A stretch of DNA of 64,000 nucleotides from an uncultured Candidatus Saccharibacteria bacterium (GTDB lineage: Bacteria; Patescibacteriota; Dojkabacteria; SC72): NCBI GenBank assembly GCA_964621195.1, contig CAZULJ010000002.1:19665-83664 (forward strand), given 5' to 3'. How positions within the stretch are numbered: position 1 is the first letter of the stretch; the number at the start of each line of letters is the position of its first letter. Shown here piece by piece: positions 48,352-58,486 of the stretch. The position numbers and the translations under genes are program-made. Under the pieces are notes generated by a model. It had not been told where the DNA came from and did not search any database. It was given only the letters and a program-made list of their open reading frames with translations.

Positions 48352-49629
48352 ATGTTAGATATTAAAAGAATCATAGAAGACAAGGAGGGAGTAAAGAAGG
48401 CACTCTTAAAGAGGGTTGCACCAGAGGATTTAAACCTTGATGAAATAATCGAGTTGTATGAGAAAAGAAAGGAATATGTTAAGAAGTTTGAAGAGAAGAG
48501 ATCAGGACAAAATAGCTTCAATAGTAAGATGGCTACCGTAGAAAAAGGATCAGAGGAGTTCTTAAAGTTAGTGAAGGAGTTAAAAGAACTTGCTACTGAA
48601 GTTAAGGAATTAGAAGAGAAATTGAAAGAGTTAGATGAAGAGCTAAAAGAGAAGCTTGAAGTATTACCAAATATTCCTGATGAAGATGTAGTTGCTGGTG
48701 GTAAAGAGAACAATGAGGTTGTTAAAACAAGTGGTGAGAAACCACAGTTTGATTTTGAGATAAAGGATCATGTTCAGCTTGGGCAGGAACTTGGGCTATT
48801 TGATTTTGAAACAGCATCTAAGATGTCTGGTTCAAATTTCTCTATGTATAGGGGTTTAGGAGCAAGATTAGAATGGGCCTTAATCAACTACTTTATAGAT
48901 GAACATATCAAGGATGGGTATGAAATGATCATACCACCACATATTGTAGGTGAGGAATCTGGTTACTGTGCGGGACAGCTTCCTAAGTTCAAAAATGACG
49001 TGTATTGGTTAGAGGATGAAGATCAATTCCTTATTCCTACTGCAGAGACTGTTTTAACAAATATATATAGGGATGAGATTTTAAATGAGGAAGATCTTCC
49101 AAAGAAGTTCTTTGCATATACCCCCTGCTATCGTAAGGAAGCAGGTAGCTATCGTGCAAATGAGAGAGGATTGATACGTGTTCACCAATTTAACAAAGTT
49201 GAGATGTACCAATTTACAAAAGAGGAAGATGCCGAGAAAGCATTAGAAGAGTTAGTTGCAAAAGCAGAGAAACTCGTAGAAGGCTTAGGATTGCATTACC
49301 ATACTACAAAGCTTGCCGCAGCAGATTGCTCTGCAGGTGCAGCAAAGACATTTGATGTAGAGGTCTGGTTACCAGCAATAGGGCAGTACTATGAAGTAAG
49401 TTCAATCTCAAATGTTAGAGAGTATCAATCAAGAAGAGGGAATATTAGATACAAGAGTAAGCAAGAAAACAAAACAAAGTTTGTTCAGACATTGAATGCT
49501 TCTGGTCTTGCTACAAGTAGACTTATGGTAGCTATCGTAGAAACATATCAGCAAAAAGATGGTTCAATTGTAGTTCCAGAGGTTTTAAGAAAATATATTG
49601 GAGTAGATAAGATAGAGAAGGGAAGGTAA
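48352..49629 (+). CDS. serS: seryl-tRNA synthetase
   Basis: N-terminal coiled-coil arm; class II core FRKEAGS.....GLIRVHQF.KVE; TFDVEVWLP..G.Y.E.SS.SN...YQSRR. Confidence 0.85.
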   Translation: MLDIKRIIEDKEGVKKALLKRVAPEDLNLDEIIELYEKRKEYVKKFEEKRSGQNSFNSKMATVEKGSEEFLKLVKELKELATEVKELEEKLKELDEELKEKLEVLPNIPDEDVVAGGKENNEVVKTSGEKPQFDFEIKDHVQLGQELGLFDFETASKMSGSNFSMYRGLGARLEWALINYFIDEHIKDGYEMIIPPHIVGEESGYCAGQLPKFKNDVYWLEDEDQFLIPTAETVLTNIYRDEILNEEDLPKKFFAYTPCYRKEAGSYRANERGLIRVHQFNKVEMYQFTKEEDAEKALEELVAKAEKLVEGLGLHYHTTKLAAADCSAGAAKTFDVEVWLPAIGQYYEVSSISNVREYQSRRGNIRYKSKQENKTKFVQTLNASGLATSRLMVAIVETYQQKDGSIVVPEVLRKYIGVDKIEKGR

Positions 49630-49635
49630 GTAGAT

Positions 49636-50211
49636 ATGAACTATTTTCTGGGCTTTTTCCCAGATGAGAAAGCTAACTACAAAATACGAAAGGTAGTAGG
49701 TGAGGTTGGTCGGATATTTAAGGACTTTGATATCCCTGTCCGATGGGTTAAGCCTGAAACTTATCATATCTCAATATATTTGATAGGAGAGAAACTAAAC
49801 CCAATCTCTCAATTTTTTCTATCTAGGAAAATCAGGAAGATTGAATTCAAACCATTTGAAATTTCTTTTGGTAAAGTACGCTTAGGTATATCTAGGAAAT
49901 ATAAAGAATTAGTATATATTGATCTTAGTGATGGAGGGGAAGAGCTTAGGGAGCTCCTCCATCGCCTAAGGTATGAGCTCCGTGGTATTGATAACTCTAC
50001 TTTCGTTCCTCACCTAACTATCGGTAGGGTGAGTAAAGATCTTTCAGAAGAGGAGTATAGAAATCTTGTAAAAGATATTCAAAATATTTCAGATGATTTA
50101 AATATCCCAGAGATATCTTTTACTGTAAATGAGATGTATCTTGTAAAAAGTAAGGATGGGGATTATTCCTTACTTATGAAATTCGATGCTAGGTCCAACA
50201 TGCTCTCATAG
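49636..50211 (+). CDS. thpR: RNA 2',3'-cyclic phosphodiesterase / 2'-5' RNA ligase (2H family)
   Basis: Two H-x-(S/T)-x motifs: YHISIYLIGE and PHLTIGRV. Confidence 0.65.
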   Translation: MNYFLGFFPDEKANYKIRKVVGEVGRIFKDFDIPVRWVKPETYHISIYLIGEKLNPISQFFLSRKIRKIEFKPFEISFGKVRLGISRKYKELVYIDLSDGGEELRELLHRLRYELRGIDNSTFVPHLTIGRVSKDLSEEEYRNLVKDIQNISDDLNIPEISFTVNEMYLVKSKDGDYSLLMKFDARSNMLS

Positions 50212-51044
50212 CTATTTACATATACGCAATTCTTGTTTCTTCTAAACCAAGTCCTCTGTCTTTTAGCATATCGAAGGGTGTTTGTTACTATCTCTTTTTT
50301 TACCTCTTCTAATGTACAATCTTTTCTGAAATATTTCTCAAACTCTCTATACCCAATACTATTCAATCCTTTATCCTCATACCGGTATCCCATTTCTAAA
50401 AGTTTTCTATTTTCATCCTCTAATCCATCTTCAAACATTTTGTTCACTCTTTTTTCTATCCTCTTTCTTAGTTCTTCTTTTTCAATATCCAAAACAAAAT
50501 AGATGCTATTTAAATCTTTCCCTTTGTTTTGATCTATTGAATTCTTTTGTATTGCTCTAATAAGTCTATGAGGATTCTTTTTGTCACTTTCGGTCATTAG
50601 TTCTAAGAAAGGTGTTGCTCTTTCTTGAAGCTCTTCCAAAGAAAGATTCGAAAGATCTGATTCGTGGTTGTTCTCATTTAGATCATAATTAAATACCACA
50701 CTATCTATATACAAACCTGTACCACCAACTATGATTGGAATACCTTCCTCCCTGTCTAATATTTTTTGTACTTCTTGTTGATATTCGAATAGGGTAAAGG
50801 GATCTTTAGGATCCACAATATCATAGAGGAAGTGTCTTACATCTGAGATTATCCATGTACCATCTTCTAAGACTTTATCAGGTAAGGGTTTTGCTGTACC
50901 TATAGATAGATGTTTGTACACCTGTCTTGAATCTCCATTGATAATATATCCACCAATATCTTTGGCTAACTGTATAGCTAGGTTGGATTTACCAGATGCG
51001 GTAGGTCCTGCAATTACAATGATCTTACCTTTGTAATCTATCAT
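50163..51044 (-). CDS. miaA: tRNA dimethylallyltransferase
   Basis: P-loop IIVIAGPTASGKSNLAI.LA...GG.IINGDS.QVYK.L.IGTAKP. Confidence 0.85.
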   Translation of the reverse strand: MIDYKGKIIVIAGPTASGKSNLAIQLAKDIGGYIINGDSRQVYKHLSIGTAKPLPDKVLEDGTWIISDVRHFLYDIVDPKDPFTLFEYQQEVQKILDREEGIPIIVGGTGLYIDSVVFNYDLNENNHESDLSNLSLEELQERATPFLELMTESDKKNPHRLIRAIQKNSIDQNKGKDLNSIYFVLDIEKEELRKRIEKRVNKMFEDGLEDENRKLLEMGYRYEDKGLNSIGYREFEKYFRKDCTLEEVKKEIVTNTLRYAKRQRTWFRRNKNCVYVNSYESMLDLASNFISKE

Positions 51045-51553
51045 CTAAGTATATATCTTGAGATTCCATATGTTGCCCAGATACTCCCTATGCATGATAT
51101 TACACTTGATACTAGTATCGCTTGTGTTTGTACTGATACAAAGAGAAATATTGAGCTAGCTAAAAGTAGAAGGAATATTGTTTGTTTAGCAGTATCAGTA
51201 AAATATTCGAGTCTGATTTTTTCCAATGTAAAGTTCTTCTTATGTATCTTGTGTACATAGAATCCTACAAATATTCCTAGATTACTAACGAGTAGTATGG
51301 AGGTTAATATTGGGACAATTCTAAATACTTCTGTAATCTCGATTTTAAAGAGAACATTTAAAAGTACAAGGCTTAATACATTTAACATTGCTGCTATTGC
51401 GAAGGTGATGGAGGAAAGTATAAGGAGGTTTCTGTTTTTAGACATAAAGTATATGCCAATTTGTGATACAAGAAAGATCCCTCCAAGGAGGACAATCTCT
51501 TGTACTTTCTCATATGTACTCCAGCTATTTATTAAGTCTGTTAATATTGTCAT
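51041..51553 (-). CDS. small polytopic membrane protein, hypothetical
   Basis: 4-5 hydrophobic helices; translationally coupled to the upstream membrane gene (4-bp overlap). Confidence 0.4.
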   Translation of the reverse strand: MTILTDLINSWSTYEKVQEIVLLGGIFLVSQIGIYFMSKNRNLLILSSITFAIAAMLNVLSLVLLNVLFKIEITEVFRIVPILTSILLVSNLGIFVGFYVHKIHKKNFTLEKIRLEYFTDTAKQTIFLLLLASSIFLFVSVQTQAILVSSVISCIGSIWATYGISRYILR

Positions 51554-52803
51554 ATCTTTAATATACTTCTTACTTTATATGTATAGAATCGGGCAATTTG
51601 CTCGGATATATTCCCTAGGATTAGTAGTAGGAATAGGTGAGAGGCAAATATTTTGGCATATCCTGTTCCGAGTATTGCTACGATAGAGGCTATTAAAGCA
51701 AGTAGCACATTCACTATTATCCTTGACTCTGAGTTCTCTGTAGTAATCCTTAAAACAGCAATCATTGTTATTACCTCTATTGCAAGAATGAATGTATCTA
51801 TTGGCAATGAGGATATCTTTAGGTATGCGACCCAAAGTGAGATTGTTAACATTGTTGTTAATCCTGCAACTATGAGAGTCTTTTTATCCGTTTTGTCTAT
51901 TAGTAGTAGGTATGCATATATTACTACCGTTGCAATTATCACACCTTCAAGAATCTTTACATAGTCAGCCTCGATATCTTCAATTGGGACTTCTTGTTGA
52001 TTTACTAAGGTGTATGAGACAGGCACAACCCCTGAGTTATAAAGAATATTTATTAATTCGGCCTCTTTTTTCTCTGTCGTTGATACTGGTAATGCAAATA
52101 TTAATGGCTCTGTTGCAGGTATCTGTATTGGTGTAACAAATCCATCTATAGAAACGCCTACTTCTACACCCTTGTTGTCACTTAGAAATGTATTCCACTG
52201 TTTGTTCCAAGGCCAAGTTTTAAATAGGGCAAAGTAAGAGTACTCATTTGCGGAGTTTCTTAATTTTGTTACATAGATATTTCTAAAGGAGGATCTATCA
52301 AAGGAAGTTTCAGTATAGTTTTCTTCTAAATATATTGCGTATGGATTCTCTGGATCTTCGAAGTTTACATCAGGATTCCTTGTTACAACGGTTATTTTAA
52401 AAGGGCTTCTTACTAACTCATCAACATATTCTTGTGGCAGGGAAGACTGGATTAAAATTGAGATATACTCTTTTTCATTTTCAGCAAATCTACTCATATC
52501 TACTTTCTCTACTCCAATCTTGGTGAGTCTTTTGTAAAGTACGGACATTATCTGATCTATTTCTTTATCCTTCGTTGATGACTTTGCATTATCAACTTCA
52601 AGTGTGTACTCTTTTGCCCAGTAGAGCTGGGATTTAGTTTGTAAGTCATATGTAACATTTGAAGATACCCTTTCAGTTAATGGTAGGGCGATCAATATAG
52701 ATACTAAGATACCTGAGGTTAGTAATATTACTCCTAAGTAATTTAACAAATATCTAATATCAATCTTTGGTAATCTAATCTTGTTGAATTTTATTTTTTT
52801 CAT
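51550..52803 (-). CDS. membrane protein with N-terminal TM, large extracytoplasmic domain and C-terminal TM bundle, hypothetical
   Basis: Topology resembles SecD/SecF-like or RND-accessory architecture, but no diagnostic motif was seen. Confidence 0.4.
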   Translation of the reverse strand: MKKIKFNKIRLPKIDIRYLLNYLGVILLTSGILVSILIALPLTERVSSNVTYDLQTKSQLYWAKEYTLEVDNAKSSTKDKEIDQIMSVLYKRLTKIGVEKVDMSRFAENEKEYISILIQSSLPQEYVDELVRSPFKITVVTRNPDVNFEDPENPYAIYLEENYTETSFDRSSFRNIYVTKLRNSANEYSYFALFKTWPWNKQWNTFLSDNKGVEVGVSIDGFVTPIQIPATEPLIFALPVSTTEKKEAELINILYNSGVVPVSYTLVNQQEVPIEDIEADYVKILEGVIIATVVIYAYLLLIDKTDKKTLIVAGLTTMLTISLWVAYLKISSLPIDTFILAIEVITMIAVLRITTENSESRIIVNVLLALIASIVAILGTGYAKIFASHLFLLLILGNISEQIARFYTYKVRSILKI

Positions 52804-52805
52804 GG

Positions 52806-53378
52806 TTATATAAGGTCTGTATCTTTCCCAATTACAATAATTTTGTCATTAAGAAGTGCATTCATCAAAATAGGGTCTTTCTTTCTCCTACCGAATTCAT
52901 AATCTTCGGCTTTCATAGCAGCATATTTAATTACTTTCCCTAACTCTTTCTCTAAGGTATTCATAGTTGATGTTAGATCTTTTATCTTCATATCTCCTAT
53001 AAATAGCATATCTAAATCTGTTGTTTGATCATGCTTTCCCTTAAACAGGTTCTCTGTGACTATTGCAACAGTTATTCCATCAACCTGTAAAAGTCTACTG
53101 TAGAGAAGTTTACCTAAGTCAGATTCTTTGAAAAATATTGCTCTAAGTTCCCAAATAATAGGGCAGCTCTTATCTATTGTGTATACAATCTTGTTTCCAT
53201 CCTTAACAGACTTGAGTATACCTGCTGCTTTTAGATTAAGTAGCTCTCTTCTTACAGCATTGATCTCTTCACCCAATTCTCTAACCAATCCTCTTACGTG
53301 ATAGTTTGCTTTTATATTGAGCATATACTTCTCAAGGATTCTTATTCTTACTTTTGAAATAAAAAGATTTTTTAGCAT
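52806..53378 (-). CDS. winged-HTH regulator fused to nucleotidyltransferase-like domain
   Basis: N-terminus IRILEKYMLN...VRGLVRELGEEINAVRRELLNLKAAGIL (wHTH); C-terminus DLDMLFIGD (NTase G/S-x9-13-D-x-D-like). Confidence 0.45.
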   Translation of the reverse strand: MLKNLFISKVRIRILEKYMLNIKANYHVRGLVRELGEEINAVRRELLNLKAAGILKSVKDGNKIVYTIDKSCPIIWELRAIFFKESDLGKLLYSRLLQVDGITVAIVTENLFKGKHDQTTDLDMLFIGDMKIKDLTSTMNTLEKELGKVIKYAAMKAEDYEFGRRKKDPILMNALLNDKIIVIGKDTDLI

Positions 53379-53442
53379 AGCCCTTGTAATATAAATATAT
53401 ATTAAATAGGCCTAGTATATTAGACTAGGTCCATGGGGCATT

Positions 53443-54717
53443 TTATTGTTCAATTATAGCAAATTTTCCTTCAGAGCGAGCGAGAGCACTAATCCATATT
53501 CTTCCTCTGTTAAATTGTACCTCATTTCCATCGCTATAATAATAGGTTGTACGATCTGTTCTACTAATCTTTTCCCATGTCCCTTCTGTAATTTTCCCAT
53601 CCATTAGAAATACCGCTTTACCTTTCCCTATCGTATCTTGAATAATTCTTCCTTTATCGTCGTAGCTTGGACTCATATTTATTTCTTGCACTATTAGATT
53701 CTTTGCATATACCTGTGTATTTGTTTCTTGATCTAATGCTGCCTGTTTACCAACCTGTAGCATATAGCTGTTGGTCTTGCTGTCATAGGTCCATACCGTG
53801 TCATATAGGCCACTGTTGTTTATTCTTTGATGGAATACAATACTAATTTTACTCTTCTCTCCTCGCTCATTTACAGGAGCATCATTTTTGAACTTCCATG
53901 ACTCTATCTTAGGGAAAGAATCCCAGTTCATATCTTCTGCATACTCCCATGCATTTGTAATTGAGGAATATTCATTGTGTGGTGCATATCTTCTCCCATC
54001 ATTCCATCTCCATGCCCCTATAGTAGCAATCTTCTTAATCTTGTAGGATGCTATATTCCCACAAGCATCTGTTTTCGGATCTTCGGTTTCTGCGCAACCA
54101 TCATATATGAATAGAGGATCGTAAGGGCTTAACCATTCTAAGTAATACTGTCTCGCACTCCTTATCGGTCCTACCTTTGCTGGAGCTTCACTCCAAAATA
54201 TTGCTAAATATCTTGTAATTCCAGATTCTGCTAATGCTTCATATACAACATCTGCACTATTTAATCCCGATTGTGGTCTTGCCTCTGCATGATTGTTTAT
54301 CATTACTGCCACTGGTCTATTTTTTTTCAACTCATCGATCTCGGTCTTAGTAAACAGTAAACCATTAATTGGGCTTACTTCAGTCTTAGGTTCCTGTGGA
54401 GATATCGTAGGTGTACTTGGTAGTAGGTACTCTTTAGATTTTGAAATTAGGTATTCGCTATTTAAACTTATTACCTCAGAAGGATTCTTAAACGGTTCTG
54501 TTTTGTATATTCCAAAGTAGTAGAAGGCAGCAATACCAAGTAATACTGTAAATCCAAAAGCTATGAGTAAAAGGGTTACTGTCTTGGATGATATCCTTGG
54601 TTTCTTTTTTATAGCATCTGCCTCTACATTTGGTACTATATTCTCAGGTACTTCTTCCCTCTTGATACTTTCCTCTTTAGGGATATTCTTTTTCGCAGAT
54701 ATGGTTATCTCTTTCAC
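53443..54717 (-). CDS. DUF3048-domain secreted/membrane-anchored protein (YerB-like)
   Basis: RPVAVMINNHAEARPQSGLNSADVVYEALAE.GITRYLAIF matches the DUF3048 N-terminal signature; N-terminal TM. Confidence 0.6.
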   Translation of the reverse strand: MKEITISAKKNIPKEESIKREEVPENIVPNVEADAIKKKPRISSKTVTLLLIAFGFTVLLGIAAFYYFGIYKTEPFKNPSEVISLNSEYLISKSKEYLLPSTPTISPQEPKTEVSPINGLLFTKTEIDELKKNRPVAVMINNHAEARPQSGLNSADVVYEALAESGITRYLAIFWSEAPAKVGPIRSARQYYLEWLSPYDPLFIYDGCAETEDPKTDACGNIASYKIKKIATIGAWRWNDGRRYAPHNEYSSITNAWEYAEDMNWDSFPKIESWKFKNDAPVNERGEKSKISIVFHQRINNSGLYDTVWTYDSKTNSYMLQVGKQAALDQETNTQVYAKNLIVQEINMSPSYDDKGRIIQDTIGKGKAVFLMDGKITEGTWEKISRTDRTTYYYSDGNEVQFNRGRIWISALARSEGKFAIIEQ

Positions 54718-54821
54718 TTTGAGTAAAGGTAATAGATATACTTAATATATAATTTACCATTTGATGTATACAATGTTAAATCTATCTATGTTAATATCTA
54801 AATATATTAATATGAAGGGAT

Positions 54822-55856
54822 TTGAAGATGAAATATAGACATATTTTTTACATAATACTGATTGTATCCTCTGGCTTACTACTATCTGGTTGTACCAAAA
54901 AGGATCCAGCCTATGATACCTCCAAGATAGATATTGTTGATTCAGAAGAGAAAGAAGAGGTCGAGAACCAAGAAGAAGAGGTTGATGAGTTACCCGTCGA
55001 TTCTACAGATCTAGGATCGCTATCTAATCCTGAAGAATTTACAAGAAAGAGTCAAAGTATTGGTGCAATCTCAGAATCGGAATACACTCTTGAGTCTTTA
55101 GAAGCTACTCAAGCTAATGGATATCACGATTTTAAGTTTAGAATTTCAACTGCATCTGAGACTCCAGTCTTGCCACTTTTCACAGTCGATCCTGTGTTAG
55201 ATAAGGGGGTATTTAGGGTAACAGTAAAAAATGTAGTAACTGATAACAGTGGTATTGCATATCAAACCAGCAAATTGGTAGAGAAGGGCGCTATCACTGG
55301 AATATATAGGGCGGTTACATCACAACCAAAAACTTCTGTATATGAGATTGGGTTTTTAGGTATAAATAACGTAAAGCTCGACTATCTAGAGAATGATCTA
55401 AATAGTTGGGATGTATCTGTAAAGGTTTCATACGATCTTAAATATTCTCCTCCAAGTATAGATTTCGGTAGTACTGAGTTCAGTAGCGATGCACAAAGTA
55501 TTGAAGGTATGACATCTTCGGATGGAGCGAGGGTATCCTCATACTCATACAGTGTTACAGGTGGTGTCTTAAAATTTGTATTTTCTGTTGCTAGTGGTGC
55601 ATCTAACCCTATTCCCTCTGTAGAGGCAGCTTACGATGATATGAATATCTTGGATGTTAGATTTACATCTTTGCTTTCAGATAAAGTATCTACTTGGGGT
55701 AATACAATTACTCTCCCTGGAGGTATTGTTGTTAATGTATCGAGGATTGGTGAGGTTAGTAGTTACAAATTTGGAGGTATTGGTGCTGCAAGGGCTTTTA
55801 AGCTAAGTGCGACTCAGAGTCCTAATCAAGTAATAGTTGAGATTAAATTGAATTAA
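54822..55856 (+). CDS. lipoprotein, hypothetical (acidic linker then beta-rich domain)
   Basis: Signal with LLSGC lipobox; EEKEEVENQEEEVDE acidic linker. Confidence 0.45.
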   Translation: MKMKYRHIFYIILIVSSGLLLSGCTKKDPAYDTSKIDIVDSEEKEEVENQEEEVDELPVDSTDLGSLSNPEEFTRKSQSIGAISESEYTLESLEATQANGYHDFKFRISTASETPVLPLFTVDPVLDKGVFRVTVKNVVTDNSGIAYQTSKLVEKGAITGIYRAVTSQPKTSVYEIGFLGINNVKLDYLENDLNSWDVSVKVSYDLKYSPPSIDFGSTEFSSDAQSIEGMTSSDGARVSSYSYSVTGGVLKFVFSVASGASNPIPSVEAAYDDMNILDVRFTSLLSDKVSTWGNTITLPGGIVVNVSRIGEVSSYKFGGIGAARAFKLSATQSPNQVIVEIKLN

Positions 55857-55859
55857 TCT

Positions 55860-56270
55860 ATGCAAGATTTCGCTGTTGTTTGGGATATCAATGGGGTTAT
55901 ATTTAAGAATTACTCTTTAGATAAAGATACATTAGGAATTGTAAAGGAACTTTTCTCTGTTGGTTGTAAGCAGTATGTATGTACAAACACACGCATAAGT
56001 AGGATGGATTCTTTGGAAAAGTTACTACATAGTTTTGGATATTTTGAGGAGATCTTTAGTAGTGCAAGACTTGGTCTCACTAAGCCAGACTGTCGTGTAT
56101 ATGAATATCTCAAGGAGAATATTCCTTACAAGACTTTGTATTTCATTGATGATTCTCCACAAAATATTGCAGTAGCAAATGAGATGGGTCTGTATGGTAT
56201 AAGGTATACATCGGATATTAATCTAAAAGAAGACTTTAAATTATTAGGAATATATAAAGATGATAAGTAG
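55860..56270 (+). CDS. HAD-superfamily hydrolase, short single-domain form with variant motif I (D-I-N)
   Basis: Motif I AVVWDINGVIF, motif II VCTNT, motif IV YFIDDSPQNI. Confidence 0.5.
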   Translation: MQDFAVVWDINGVIFKNYSLDKDTLGIVKELFSVGCKQYVCTNTRISRMDSLEKLLHSFGYFEEIFSSARLGLTKPDCRVYEYLKENIPYKTLYFIDDSPQNIAVANEMGLYGIRYTSDINLKEDFKLLGIYKDDK

Positions 56271-56841
56271 AGATAGAGCCCAGGAGTTAATTGATAAGTA
56301 TATATCAACACCATGGCTTAAATTACATATGAGAGAAACAGAAGTAATATTGCAAGGGGTTGCAAGAGAGTTGGGTGAAGATCCTAACTCTTGGGGTATT
56401 GCAGGATTCTTGCATGATCTTGATTTTGACTACGTAGGTAAAGATCCTGCAAGGCATGTTGTAGAGTTCGACGATATCTTAAAAAAGGAGGGACTAACAG
56501 TTGGTAATGATATCTCTGAAGAGATGTATCATGCTATCAAGTCTCACTATGAGGATAACCCAAAGGTGGAGCAAAAAAGAGAATCTAAGTTTGATTATGC
56601 ATTGGCAGCTGCAGAAAATCTAAGCGGTTTTCTAGTTGCATGCGCTTTGGTTATGCCAGATAAAAAGATTTCTTCTGTTCAAGTAGATTCTATAATTAAA
56701 AAACTAAAGAAGAAAGATTTCGCAAAGGCAGTAAACAGGGAGTATATCTATGATATTGATAAAACGGGTATTTCCTTAGAGAGATTTATAGAAATTGCTT
56801 TAAAAGAAATGAATGATATTGCTGATGAAATAGGGCTTTAG
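56260..56841 (+). CDS. HD-domain phosphohydrolase
   Basis: H...GFLHDLDFDY (HD motif); ~190 aa all-helical. Confidence 0.55.
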   Translation: MISRDRAQELIDKYISTPWLKLHMRETEVILQGVARELGEDPNSWGIAGFLHDLDFDYVGKDPARHVVEFDDILKKEGLTVGNDISEEMYHAIKSHYEDNPKVEQKRESKFDYALAAAENLSGFLVACALVMPDKKISSVQVDSIIKKLKKKDFAKAVNREYIYDIDKTGISLERFIEIALKEMNDIADEIGL

Positions 56842-57440
56842 TATAATTCTTTCATCGGGGTGTAGTTCAGATGGCTAGAACGCTTGCATGGGGTGCAAGA
56901 GGTCGCACGTTCAAGTCGTGTCACCCCGATTTCCTCCTTGTTTATGTTATAAACAAATACCCACCCATATTTCTTTCTATCGAAGACTCTCTCAAGCTTT
57001 TTGTTCTGTTTAAATCCTCCTACTTGTATAAACTGTGTTTCCCACCAAGCTCTTGTCGCAAGGGTTCTGTGTGTTTCATCATCAATTATTTGTCTTTGTA
57101 CTTCTTGATTGTTAACTACTCTTGGGCTATCAATTGTAGGAATTATTGCATAGAATAGACCATTATTTTTAATTATCCTTCTTATTTCTTTCAGAGCCAT
57201 TCCTATCTCATCTGCTTCTATATGTTCTAGTGTATGATGTGATGTGGCAATATCAAGGAGATCTGTTTTTAATTTGATTTTTTGTAGGAAGGATTGAACT
57301 CTTTTTACTCTAAATCTTTTAGCCTCTTTTGCTATATATTTACAAGAATCTACAGCATAGACCTTAACTTTAGGTAACTGTTCCTTAATAGCTGCAGCAT
57401 AGAATCCTGGCCCAGAGCCCAAGTCTGCATACCGAGACAA
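56838..57440 (-). CDS. class I SAM-dependent methyltransferase; boundaries doubtful (possible pseudogene or mis-called ends)
   Basis: Motif I DLGSGPG lies only 6 aa from the called Met. The frame stays open ~92 codons further upstream (to 57716) with no ATG/GTG/TTG. The C-terminal 25 aa are antisense to tRNA-Pro. Confidence 0.35.
   Translation of the reverse strand: MSRYADLGSGPGFYAAAIKEQLPKVKVYAVDSCKYIAKEAKRFRVKRVQSFLQKIKLKTDLLDIATSHHTLEHIEADEIGMALKEIRRIIKNNGLFYAIIPTIDSPRVVNNQEVQRQIIDDETHRTLATRAWWETQFIQVGGFKQNKKLERVFDRKKYGWVFVYNINKEEIGVTRLERATSCTPCKRSSHLNYTPMKELY
56856..56929 (+). tRNA. tRNA-Pro (anticodon GGG)
   Basis: Acceptor CGGGGTG/CACCCCG, D-arm TAGTTCAGATGGCTAGAA, anticodon stem CTTGC/GCAAG with loop ATGGGGT, T-arm GCACG-TTCAAGT-CGTGT, discriminator A; no encoded CCA. 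Confidence 0.8.
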
Positions 57441-57817
57441 CTTGTTCTCTAGAATATATTTTGTTACATTTGTAATGTCGCCTTTGTATTTCTCTTTTCT
57501 TGATTCGAAGGTATATCCTTCTTGGTAGGCATTGTGATTATCGGAAAAGTACTCATCAGTATTGTAATATTTTTTCGTGTTAAAAAGATTGTTTGATAGA
57601 GAGAATGCATAGCTTGATTCACCATCTTCGAACCTTAGGTGTGGAAGATATGCTCTTGGGATATATATTTTCTTAAATTTTACTAGATCTTTTTCCTTAT
57701 GGTAGATCGATTTTATCTATTCTCGGTGTGTAGATTAAAAGCTGCTGGGGGTGACGGCCATTATATTACATATTTAGAGATATTTGAAATGGGATACAAA
57801 GTATTGTAATTTTATAT

Positions 57818-58486
57818 GTGAAGGTGAATATAAAAAGAAATAAAAAAATCATACCTCTGCTATTTTTTGTAATACTGCAATCCAGCAATACAATCGCTTT
57901 TGGGAATCAACCGGATCCTCCCGAATTTCATCCTAACCTTGAGAATATTGAGTACGTTGATACTGAAATACTTGTTGAAGATATCCAAGATGATACTTTG
58001 GGGTTGGGAACAAAAGATATCGCTATAGATGCAAATGATAATATTTTTACCCTCGGAGATACATCATATGATTACGGTTATAATATTGGAATTGACAATA
58101 CGAGAGACTATATCTATATCGCTGGGGCTGTTGGTAGTGCATTGGATATGAATCCCGATCCTTTTCAAGAGGATATAAAGGCGAATGGAGGTGCATATCT
58201 TGCCAAATTTGATATGACAGGTGAATATCTGTGGTCAAATGTTTATGCTACAACAGTAAACTACGGTTTTGTTGCTGTTAAAGAGAGTACTGGTATTGTT
58301 TATTACTCTGCACTGGTTAGTAGTGGAACGATAGATTTTGTTCTGAATGGTAAATATCAACTAGAGAGTTTAGATACTGATTTGTATATAGAGAATTCAT
58401 CTAAGCTTGTGTTCAAAGGAAAAGAGAATGGTGTGTCTGAAATAAAGCCTAATATTGTAATTAGAAGTAATTCTACTAGACCATGA
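57818..58486 (+). CDS. secreted beta-propeller-repeat (SBBP-like) protein
   Basis: Signal peptide MKVNIKRNKKIIPLLFFVILQSSNTIAFG; repeats of the D.YIAG.VGS..D......GG.AYLAKFD.TGE.LWS pattern typical of SBBP repeats. Confidence 0.5.
   Translation: MKVNIKRNKKIIPLLFFVILQSSNTIAFGNQPDPPEFHPNLENIEYVDTEILVEDIQDDTLGLGTKDIAIDANDNIFTLGDTSYDYGYNIGIDNTRDYIYIAGAVGSALDMNPDPFQEDIKANGGAYLAKFDMTGEYLWSNVYATTVNYGFVAVKESTGIVYYSALVSSGTIDFVLNGKYQLESLDTDLYIENSSKLVFKGKENGVSEIKPNIVIRSNSTRP

Noticed and set aside
51041-52803. Calling the two minus-strand membrane genes secD/secF
   Set aside because: Topology is compatible, but none of the conserved SecD/SecF sequence motifs could be identified by eye, so they are left as hypothetical membrane proteins.
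56871-57158. Plus-strand 95-aa ORF starting MARTLAWGARGRTFKSCHPD
   Set aside because: Its first 20 codons are simply the tRNA-Pro gene read as protein, and the rest is antisense to the methyltransferase.
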